Shown: positions 52,400 to 59,853 of the stretch, in pieces
Numbering within the stretch: position 1 is the stretch's first letter
How the letters are laid out: every line of letters begins with the position of its first letter
Assembly: GCA_018402585.1 (NCBI GenBank)
Contig: JAGYIO010000003.1
Span: 140,386 to 204,385 of the forward strand
Direction: 5' to 3'
Source: Chthoniobacterales bacterium
GTDB taxonomy: Bacteria > Verrucomicrobiota > Verrucomicrobiia > Chthoniobacterales > JACTMZ01
DNA length: 64,000 bases
Notes under the pieces: generated by a model
Told to the model about the DNA's origin: nothing
What the model saw: the letters and a program-made list of their open reading frames with translations, nothing else
The model's database searches: none
Made by a program: the position numbers and the translations under genes

Positions 52400-53736
52400 A
52401 AACGCCCAACCTGCCCCCCACCGACCATCAACCGCTGCCCTACAGCGGGCCGTCTGCCGACGACGTGCTCGCCCTGCGCAAGCAGTTCATGAACCCGGGC
52501 ATTTTCCTCTATTACAAAAAGCCCCTCATGGTGGTGGAAGGCCACCGGCAATACGTGTGGGATGAACAGGGCAAACGCTACCTCGACGGCCTCGGCGGCA
52601 TTGTCACGATCAGCGTCGGTCACTGCCACCCGCACGTCATTTCCGCGGGCAACAAACAGAGCGAACTCTACCAGCACTCCACCACGATCTACCTGCATCC
52701 CAACGTGGCGCAATACGCGGAGAAACTCATTTCGAAAATGCCCCGCAATTTGCAGATGTGCTACTTCGTCAATTCCGGTTCCGAGGCCAATGACCTCGCC
52801 CTCATGATGGCGCGGGCCTACACCGGCAACTTTGACATCATCGCCCTGCGCAACGCCTACCACGGCGGCAACCAGTCGACCATGGGCATCACCGCCCACA
52901 GCACCTGGAAATACAACGTGCCCCACAGCTTCGGTTTCCACCACGCCCTCGCACCCTATCCCTACCGCGGAACCTTCGGCTACGACGATCCCGAGGCCGG
53001 TCCGAAATACGCCAACGACGTCAAAGAACTGATCGAATACGCCACCCCGGGGAAAATCGCCGGGTTCATCGCCGAGTCGATCCAAGGAGTGGGCGGGTTC
53101 GTCGAATTCCCGCCGGGCTACCTCAAAGACGTCTACGGCTATGTTCGCGCCGCCGGCGGGGTCTGCATCGCCGACGAAGTGCAAACCGGCTTCGGCCGCA
53201 CCGGCACGCACTTCTGGGGCTTCGACACGCAGGACGTCATCCCGGACATCGTGACCATGGCCAAGGGCATCGGCAACGGCTGCCCGCTCGCCGCCGTCGT
53301 CACCACCCCGGAAATCGCCCATGCCCTGGTCGGCAAAGTCCACTTCAACACCTTCGGGGGCAACCCCGTGGTCAGCGCCATGGGCAAAGCCGTGCTCGAG
53401 GTCATCGAAAAAGAAAACCTCCAGGAGAACTGCCGCAAAATGGGCGATTACATCCTGGCCGGACTGAACAAGCTGAAGGAGAAGCACCCGGTCATTGGCG
53501 ACGTTCGCGGCAAAGGCCTCATGCTCGGCATCGAACTGGTCAAAGACCGCAAAACCAAAGAGCCCGCCACGGCCGAATGCGCCCAAGTGCTCGAGACCGC
53601 CCGCGACCTCGGTCTCCTCCTTGGCAAAGGCGGACTGCGCGGACAAGTCATCCGCTTCGCCCCGCCCATGTGCATCAACCAAGCCGACGCCGACTTCCTC
53701 CTCGAAGTCCTCGACGAAAGTTTCAGCCGCCTGTGA
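52396..53736 (+). CDS. Class-III (AGXT2-like) aminotransferase, candidate beta-alanine/3-aminoisobutyrate:pyruvate aminotransferase
   Basis: Motifs present: [26 protein letters not shown] and [12 protein letters not shown] (the PLP Lys). The substrate is inferred from the pathway context. Confidence 0.85.
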   Translation: MKTPNLPPTDHQPLPYSGPSADDVLALRKQFMNPGIFLYYKKPLMVVEGHRQYVWDEQGKRYLDGLGGIVTISVGHCHPHVISAGNKQSELYQHSTTIYLHPNVAQYAEKLISKMPRNLQMCYFVNSGSEANDLALMMARAYTGNFDIIALRNAYHGGNQSTMGITAHSTWKYNVPHSFGFHHALAPYPYRGTFGYDDPEAGPKYANDVKELIEYATPGKIAGFIAESIQGVGGFVEFPPGYLKDVYGYVRAAGGVCIADEVQTGFGRTGTHFWGFDTQDVIPDIVTMAKGIGNGCPLAAVVTTPEIAHALVGKVHFNTFGGNPVVSAMGKAVLEVIEKENLQENCRKMGDYILAGLNKLKEKHPVIGDVRGKGLMLGIELVKDRKTKEPATAECAQVLETARDLGLLLGKGGLRGQVIRFAPPMCINQADADFLLEVLDESFSRL

Positions 53737-53806
53737 AACACCATGGACACGCGCCCCGCGTGTCCCTGCCTGCGGGAGGGACGAGCGGCCCGCTCGTCCG
53801 CCAACC

Positions 53807-54598
53807 ATGAGCGACATCCTTCAGGAATTGCTCGAAGCCCGCCGCGCCGGCCACCCCTGCGCCCTCGCCACCGTCGCCGCCACCACCGGCTCCGTCCCGC
53901 GCCACCCCGGCGCGAAAATGATCGTCTACGCGGACGGCTCTATCGCCGGCACCATCGGCGGTGGAAAATTCGAGTCCCTCGTCATCGCCGAAGCCCTCGA
54001 CTGCCTCGGCAAAAACGAAACCACCTTGAAAACCTGGCCCCTCCGCGAGGACCAACCCGATTCCTTCGGCGCGATCTGCGGCGGCGAAGTCACCGTGCTC
54101 ATCGAGCCCCAAGTCCCCGCCCACACCATGCTCCTCATTGGTGGCGGACACTGCGCGCAATCCATCGCCAAGCTTGCCGCTGAATGTGGTTTCCACGTCA
54201 CCGTGGTCGAAGACCGTGCCGACATCCTCGCGCAGTGCACCGCCGCCCATCAGCGATTCACCGACTCCGCCCCGACCTACATCGCCTCGCGCGATTGGAA
54301 CAAAAACGAAGCCATCGTCATCGTCAGCCGCCACTACGACATCGACCGCGCCGCCCTCGCCGCCGCCCTGGCCCAAGGCGGCATGGGCTACCTCGGCATG
54401 ATCGGCAGCCGCCGCAAAGTCCTGCAAGTTTACGACCAGATGAAAGCCGACGGCTTCACCAGCGAGCAACTCGCCGCGGTCTACGCCCCCCTCGGCCTCG
54501 ACATCGGCGCCGACTCCCCCGCCGAAATCGCGGTGAGCATCGTGGCCGAAATCCTCATGGTCCTGCGCGAAAAATCCGGCCGCCCGCTGAAACTCTGA
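53807..54598 (+). CDS. xdhC: XdhC/CoxI family molybdoenzyme maturation (accessory) protein
   Basis: ALATVAATTGSVPRHPGAKMIVYADGSIAGTIGGG is the N-terminal XdhC_CoxI part, and LLIGGGHCAQSIAKLAAECGFHVTVVEDR is the Rossmann part. The start is moved to ATG 53807 (MSDILQELL). Confidence 0.85.
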   Translation: MSDILQELLEARRAGHPCALATVAATTGSVPRHPGAKMIVYADGSIAGTIGGGKFESLVIAEALDCLGKNETTLKTWPLREDQPDSFGAICGGEVTVLIEPQVPAHTMLLIGGGHCAQSIAKLAAECGFHVTVVEDRADILAQCTAAHQRFTDSAPTYIASRDWNKNEAIVIVSRHYDIDRAALAAALAQGGMGYLGMIGSRRKVLQVYDQMKADGFTSEQLAAVYAPLGLDIGADSPAEIAVSIVAEILMVLREKSGRPLKL

Positions 54599-54683
54599 CA
54601 GGACAAAGTAGGGCGCGGCGTCCCCGACGCGCCGGGCCCGCGCTCCGGCGGGTCCAGAAGCCCCGTCCCACCTTTCCCGGCAT

Positions 54684-54712
54684 TTGCCAACGCCGGGACA
54701 CCACGCTAATAT
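54684..54712 (+). promoter_or_regulatory. Near-consensus sigma-70-type promoter TTGCCA-N17-TAATAT
   Basis: The -35 element is at 54684-54689 and the -10 element at 54707-54712, with a 17-nt spacer. The -10 ends 4 and 7 nt before the tandem ATGs at 54717 and 54720. This implies a leaderless or near-leaderless mRNA. Confidence 0.4.
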
Positions 54713-54716
54713 CCTT

Positions 54717-54860
54717 ATGATGAGACTGGCTTTTATCCTCCTCGGCCTTCTGACGCTTGCCATCTCTCCCGCCCAAGCCCAATGCAAGGACTGCGGCTGC
54801 AAAGAAAAATGCTCGCCCAAGTGCACCTGCCAGCACGATGAGAAGCCGCAACCCCGATGA
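54717..54860 (+). CDS. Secreted 47-aa Cys-rich (metallothionein-like) mini-protein, absent from the ORF track
   Basis: Hand translation gives MMRLAFILLGLLTLAISPAQA|QCKDCGCKEKCSPKCTCQHDEKPQPR*. It has a Sec-type signal peptide with an AQA cleavage motif. The ~26-aa mature part has 6 Cys arranged C-x2-C-x-C-x3-C-x3-C-x-C. Third codon positions are GC-rich. The TGA stop overlaps the next ATG as ATGA. Confidence 0.55.
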   Translation: MMRLAFILLGLLTLAISPAQAQCKDCGCKEKCSPKCTCQHDEKPQPR

Positions 54861-55087
54861 ACTCCCTCGACCCGCGCACCAAACGCTTCCGCGCGGCCGA
54901 CAAATCCCTCCAGCAGGCCAAGGCCTCCCTCCAGGGTGCGCAACTCGCCCTGGCCGACCTGCCCCGCTCCAACCTCTCGCCGGTCACCGCCGCCCTCGAC
55001 TCGATCGACCACGCCCTTTCGCACATTGCGGCTGCCGGCGCGCAGATTGACGAAGCCCGCTTGGACGACAGCGAGCAGTTGGCTTGA
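54857..55087 (+). CDS. Hypothetical 76-aa helical protein, translationally coupled to the Cys-rich peptide gene
   Basis: MNSLDPRTKRFRAADKSLQQAKASLQGAQLALADL... has strongly GC-biased third positions and no signal peptide. No family was recognised. Confidence 0.5.
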   Translation: MNSLDPRTKRFRAADKSLQQAKASLQGAQLALADLPRSNLSPVTAALDSIDHALSHIAAAGAQIDEARLDDSEQLA

Positions 55088-55144
55088 CCCAGACCGGCGT
55101 TGCCTTTTGCCGGCGGCCGGAGAAAATGCAGGTTTCCCGACGGC

Positions 55145-56266
55145 ATGCTTTTCCTCACTCCGCGTTACCGCAAAGAAGCCAAGGTCGTCCTGCGCGCCGC
55201 GCGTAAACTCCTGCGCTACCGCCGCGACATCCTTCCCGACAAGCAGATCGTCGGACTCCGCGAAGCGAGCACCCGCCTCGAGGTGGCCCTCCGTAAAAAC
55301 AACCGCGAGGACATCATCATGGCCACGGAGAAACTCCACGGCCTCTTCGACCAAGCCGCCCCCGCACCGCCTCTCGCCGGGCTCCGCGAAAACACGGAGG
55401 TCATCCTCGTCGCTCTGGTCATCGCCCTCGGCGTGCGCGCCTACTTCCTTCAGCCTTTCAAAATCCCCACCGGCTCGATGCAGCCTACGCTCTACGGCGT
55501 GACCGGCACCCAGACCGTCGAGCCCCTGCCCTCGTGGCCGGTCCGTGCGGCCGAATTCGTGCTGCGCGGACGCACCTACTTCGATGTCACGGCTGATAAT
55601 GATGATTCCGTCATCGGCCTCCGCGAGGTCACCCGCTTCCACTTCTTCACCTCAACCGAAATCATCACCCGCACCCGCACCTACGACGTGCCCGCGCCGC
55701 TCAACGTGGTCCGCACCGATTTTAAAATCTACCCCGGCCGCCCGCTCCGCGCCGGACAACCCATCGTCCGCGGTTATGCCGAGAGCGGCGATCAACTCTT
55801 TGTCGACAAGGTCTCCTACAACTTCGTCCGGCCGAAACCGGGCGATGTCTTCGTCTTCCGCACCACCGGAATCCGCCGGATCGAAGCAGGCATCGCCCCC
55901 GGCATGGGCTCGCAATATTACATCAAACGTCTCGCCGCCGTCGGCGGGCAAACCTTGCAAATCCGGCCACCCGACCTGCTCGTGAACGGTACCGTCTCTT
56001 CGCTCCCCGCCTTCCGGCGGGTCATGTCCAACCAAGACGGCTATGCCGGGTATTCCAACACCAGCGCAGGCGGAGGCACCTTTCCCATCCTCGGCTCACC
56101 CGAGGCGGAATACACTGTGCCGCGCAGGTCCTATTTCGCCCTGGGCGACAACAGCTATCACAGCAGCGACAGCCGCTACTTCGGTCCGATTCCCGAACGA
56201 AACGTGGTCGGACGCGCTCTGGTCGTTTACTGGCCGTTCGTCGGGCGCTGGGGACTGATCAACTGA
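55145..56266 (+). CDS. lepB: Signal peptidase I
   Basis: PTGSMQPTL carries the catalytic Ser, and GDQLFVDKVSY, YIKRLAAVGGQTL and GDNSYHSSDSRYFGPIPERNVVGRA are also present. ATG 55145 is preferred over the TTG at 55100. Confidence 0.9.
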   Translation: MLFLTPRYRKEAKVVLRAARKLLRYRRDILPDKQIVGLREASTRLEVALRKNNREDIIMATEKLHGLFDQAAPAPPLAGLRENTEVILVALVIALGVRAYFLQPFKIPTGSMQPTLYGVTGTQTVEPLPSWPVRAAEFVLRGRTYFDVTADNDDSVIGLREVTRFHFFTSTEIITRTRTYDVPAPLNVVRTDFKIYPGRPLRAGQPIVRGYAESGDQLFVDKVSYNFVRPKPGDVFVFRTTGIRRIEAGIAPGMGSQYYIKRLAAVGGQTLQIRPPDLLVNGTVSSLPAFRRVMSNQDGYAGYSNTSAGGGTFPILGSPEAEYTVPRRSYFALGDNSYHSSDSRYFGPIPERNVVGRALVVYWPFVGRWGLIN

Positions 56267-57032
56267 CCGCGGAGAAATGACGGATGGCGTCCGCCACGCC
56301 CTCGCCCCAAGGGTGCGGAGAAATGTATCCGCCCTCGCGCCGGACCAGTTCCTGCACCTCACGCACCGCGTTCGCAGGACAGGCGACCATGGCGGCGGAT
56401 GAACCGTCGAGCATCGGAATGTCATTATGGTGGTCGCCGATCGCGAGCACGTCTGCGCGCGGGATACCGGTCAAGCGGGACAACTCGGCCAGCGAAGATC
56501 CTTTGTGGATCGCGCGATGCGCAAAGCGCATCCATACGTGGTTGCGGTTGAAGGAAAACTCGGGGACCGCAACGGCCAATTCCCGCACCGCATCCGCCAC
56601 TTGGTCCATCGTCCCAGGGTCGGCGGTCATCAATCCGGCCAGACGGCCATTTTCATACAGCAGCTCGATGCCATCGCGCGTCGCGACCATCTTCTCGATC
56701 GCCGTGAAGACCTGAGCCGCCCGGTCAAACAGCTCGAGCGTCTGGCGCTCGGTTTGCGCATTCCAGTCGCCAAATGCCTCCCAACTCCCTTCTTCAATAC
56801 GGCGGTAAATATCTTTTTCGCTGGTCAGGACAAACTCGGGATCATGCGGTAGAGCCGCCTGCTCGAGCCCCTCAAGGGCAAACCACAATTGCCTGCCCGT
56901 ATTGACCGCCCAGACCGCACCTTGCCGCCGCAACCCGGTGAGCGCTCCGGACAATGACCTTACGGTGTGCGCGTCGGGGTGGTGGCCGATCAGGGTCCCG
57001 TCGAAATCGGTGCTCAACAAACGGATAGGCAT
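56259..57032 (-). CDS. HAD-IIB (Cof-type) family phosphatase
   Basis: LLSTDFDGTLIGH is HAD motif I, and AIGDHHNDIPMLDGS is motif IV. Confidence 0.8.
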   Translation of the reverse strand: MPIRLLSTDFDGTLIGHHPDAHTVRSLSGALTGLRRQGAVWAVNTGRQLWFALEGLEQAALPHDPEFVLTSEKDIYRRIEEGSWEAFGDWNAQTERQTLELFDRAAQVFTAIEKMVATRDGIELLYENGRLAGLMTADPGTMDQVADAVRELAVAVPEFSFNRNHVWMRFAHRAIHKGSSLAELSRLTGIPRADVLAIGDHHNDIPMLDGSSAAMVACPANAVREVQELVRREGGYISPHPWGEGVADAIRHFSAVS

Positions 57033-57075
57033 CGGTTAGAAATAAGCCGAATCTTTCTTCAAATCCAGCCGACTG

Positions 57076-57366
57076 ATGAAATCCGCCTACGAACTTGCCA
57101 TGGAACGGCTCGCCGCCAAGGAGCCGGTCGTGCAGCTCAGCGCCGACCAAAAACAACGCATCTCGGCCATCGAGGCGAAGTGCAAAGCGGACATCGCGGC
57201 GAAGGAACTTCTCCTGCAAAGCGAATTGGCCAAGACCCTCGCGACCGGGGCCAGAGACGAAGCGGCAAAAATCCAAGGCCAGTTGACCGACGAGATCCGG
57301 CGTTTCGAGGAGAAGCGCGAGCGCGCCAAGGACGCGGTGCGGGGCGAAACTTCATCGGAGAGATGA
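57076..57366 (+). CDS. Hypothetical 96-aa coiled-coil protein
   Basis: MKSAYELAMERLAAKEPVVQLSADQKQRISAIEAKCKADIAAKELL... has charged heptad-like composition. ATGA overlap with the deaminase gene. Confidence 0.6.
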   Translation: MKSAYELAMERLAAKEPVVQLSADQKQRISAIEAKCKADIAAKELLLQSELAKTLATGARDEAAKIQGQLTDEIRRFEEKRERAKDAVRGETSSER

Positions 57367-57860
57367 ACCCTCGCCTGTCTACGGCCGAGGATGAGCTCTT
57401 TATGCGCGCGGCCATCAAGTTGGGCGAAAAGGCCGCACTGGTTGAGGGCACCGGCGGCCCTTTCGGCTGCGTGGTCGTCATGGACGGAAAAATCATTGCC
57501 GAGGGCGCAAATCACGTGGTCAGCGAGAACGACCCCACTTGGCACGGCGAAATGGAGGCCATCCGCGCCGCGGCGAAGAAACTCGGTAATTTTGATTTGT
57601 CCGGCGCCACGCTTTATACCACGGGCGAACCTTGCCCGATGTGCGCCGGCGCCATCTCTTGGGCCCGCATCGACCGCGTGGTCTACGCGTCGACCCTGGC
57701 CGACGCCCTGCGTTACGGTCAGTTCGACGACCAGCCTTTTTACGAGGATCTGGCCAAGCCGATCGCCGAGCGACGGATTCCCGCCACGCAGTGTTTGCGA
57801 CCCGAGATGCTCGAGCTCTGGCGGCGTTACGAGGCGAGGCCGGACCGCATCCGCTATTGA
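57363..57860 (+). CDS. CDA-fold nucleoside/guanine deaminase (TadA/GuaD-like)
   Basis: WHGEMEAIRAA is the H-A-E zinc motif and TTGEPCPMCAGAISWARI is the PC-x2-C motif. The start is moved to ATG 57363 (MNPRLS). The length of 165 aa and the terminal Y fit the guanine-deaminase type, which is an inference. Confidence 0.85.
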   Translation: MNPRLSTAEDELFMRAAIKLGEKAALVEGTGGPFGCVVVMDGKIIAEGANHVVSENDPTWHGEMEAIRAAAKKLGNFDLSGATLYTTGEPCPMCAGAISWARIDRVVYASTLADALRYGQFDDQPFYEDLAKPIAERRIPATQCLRPEMLELWRRYEARPDRIRY

Positions 57861-59764
57861 GCGCCGGCCAGTCCGGCCTCCATCTCGTGGAACTCGCGCG
57901 CGAGGATGCTGCCGGCCTCGAATTTCATGACCCGTCCGGCCAGGTCGAGGGCGCGCCGTGCATCCTTCTCCCGCCCGGCCGCTTTCATTTGCTGGACGAA
58001 GGGCCGGACCACTTCGTAGAAAAAATTACCCCCGCCGGTCGGGCCGAGTTTTCCGCTCAACGAGCGGTACTCCCGCATGGCCCCGGCATAATTTCCCTCC
58101 TGCACCAGCCTTGAGAGCACTTCGGCCCCGGTTGCCGCGCTCAGATCGGTGCGCAGGCGGCGGTTTTCCCGGATCATGCGCGCTTCAATTTTGCGCGCCA
58201 CGAATCCATCGCCCCCCGCCCGCTCCAACTCGGCCAACCGCGCTTGAAAGCGCACGCGCAGATCTTCCTCCCGGCGGAATTGGTCGATACCCGCCACGTA
58301 GTGCGCGCGCAACGCTGCCGTGTCCTTTGACGCGGCGAGCACATTCTCCTTGGCCTCCCATGCCGCAAAAAAGTCAGGCGAATAAAAGCGGGCGCTATCC
58401 GCCGCCGCCCCGGCCGAGGCCAAATCGCCGCGCCGCTGGTAAACTTCCGCCATGGCCAAGTCACCCAGTGCCCCGTCATGTCGGGTCAAACGCGTGGCCC
58501 GACTCGAAAGAGAGAGCAGTTCATGATCCGTGATGGGCATCCAGGTTTGCGGATCAAGCGCCTGCCCGACCGTATATCGCTGGTCAAGGAATCGGCCGGC
58601 ATCCAACTCCCACTGGCCGTCACCGCGCAAATAGCCGAACCAAGCATGGCCCCCATCTTGTCCTTGGCCGGCAAAGTAAAGGGTCGGGATACCCTTGGCT
58701 TTGCCCGCCAGGCAGGCGAAATAAGCCTGATCGGTGCAAATTCCGCCCGTCATCTTGATTTTACCCAGCCGGTAATCGCCGTGTGGCCATTTGAAAATAC
58801 CGCGGTCGGCCCGTTGTTGATCGTAGCGGACCAAATCAAGCACCCGGCCAAAGGTGTCCGCTCCCATCCGGACGTTCTGCGTCGCCCACTCCAGTTCCGA
58901 GTGCTCGACCGGGGCATCAACCAGAAATTTCATCTCCGCCGCCGAGAGTCGGCGCAAATCGTATTGGAGTTTTCGCGCTTCGTTGGCGCGGTAAAAATAC
59001 TCAAACCGACCGGCCACATCTTGCCTCGACCGGGGCACCGCTTCCGGCGGCACCTGATGATGCGGCCAGAAGCGCGGCTCCCGTTGGTCATAGACCAAAG
59101 CAAAGGCCAGCATGAGACTGCGGTAAGCGGGCCATGCGGCCGGGTGGGCGCGCCGCAACTGCTCGAGACGCGTCAAAACCACCGGAGTAAAATCATCCGG
59201 CTTCAATTCGCGGAAAAACTCTTGGAGGAACTCTTGGTCATTGGCCAGGCCGGCGAGAAAGTCCTCGTTGGCCCGCGCCGCGACTGGTCCGTTGCTCGGC
59301 GTGTAGTCATCAGGCAGAAGCTCCTGCAGAATTTCCGCCGGCACCTGAACCGCTTCAAATGCCTCCAATGCGGTTGGCAAGGGCCGTCCGGATGAATCGC
59401 TCGGCAAGGGCGCACCGGACGGAACGACCAGCAGTGCATCCTCTTTCTCCGGATTGCGCAGCACGCGACGTCCGAGCCAAGCCTGCAAAGCTTCCGGTTC
59501 CGGCCTGCCGAGGAGGCGGCACCATTGGTATAGACGCTGCCACTGACGAAAGATGCCATTCCCGGCACTCCCGGCCTGTGCGGAGTGCGAGGGTATCCAT
59601 TGATCCACCAATTGGACTTCCAGCGCATCGGCGGCGGCCGACCAGCCCATGGCGCGAACGGCGACCACATCTTGTGCGGTCGGCACATGCTGCAGATCAA
59701 ATTCGGCACGCACCAAAGCGACAGAGAGAAACCCGAGAACTGAAGCCGACCAAGCACGACGCAT
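57854..59764 (-). CDS. Secreted transglutaminase-like cysteine-protease-core protein with helical-repeat regions
   Basis: It has a signal peptide. GGICTDQAYFACLAGKAKGIPTLYFAGQGQDGGHAWFGYL matches the transglutaminase-like Cys...His core pattern. Confidence 0.7.
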   Translation of the reverse strand: MRRAWSASVLGFLSVALVRAEFDLQHVPTAQDVVAVRAMGWSAAADALEVQLVDQWIPSHSAQAGSAGNGIFRQWQRLYQWCRLLGRPEPEALQAWLGRRVLRNPEKEDALLVVPSGAPLPSDSSGRPLPTALEAFEAVQVPAEILQELLPDDYTPSNGPVAARANEDFLAGLANDQEFLQEFFRELKPDDFTPVVLTRLEQLRRAHPAAWPAYRSLMLAFALVYDQREPRFWPHHQVPPEAVPRSRQDVAGRFEYFYRANEARKLQYDLRRLSAAEMKFLVDAPVEHSELEWATQNVRMGADTFGRVLDLVRYDQQRADRGIFKWPHGDYRLGKIKMTGGICTDQAYFACLAGKAKGIPTLYFAGQGQDGGHAWFGYLRGDGQWELDAGRFLDQRYTVGQALDPQTWMPITDHELLSLSSRATRLTRHDGALGDLAMAEVYQRRGDLASAGAAADSARFYSPDFFAAWEAKENVLAASKDTAALRAHYVAGIDQFRREEDLRVRFQARLAELERAGGDGFVARKIEARMIRENRRLRTDLSAATGAEVLSRLVQEGNYAGAMREYRSLSGKLGPTGGGNFFYEVVRPFVQQMKAAGREKDARRALDLAGRVMKFEAGSILAREFHEMEAGLAGAQ

Positions 59765-59853
59765 ACCCTAGCATATCCACCCCGGCCCCCTTGCCAAGGG
59801 GCACAATCCGCCTTTATGCAACGAGACAACCGCTCTAAACTTCTCCGTTACGC

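Noticed and set aside
44516-55642. A chain of long minus-strand ORFs (44516..46069, 46087..46950, 47607..49118, 49405..51075, 50795..52324, 52324..53817, 53723..55642)
   Set aside because: Each lies opposite a plus-strand gene with clear family motifs (preT, preA, mmsA, hydA, NCS1, aminotransferase, xdhC/lepB). All have G/A/D/E/R-rich shadow composition.
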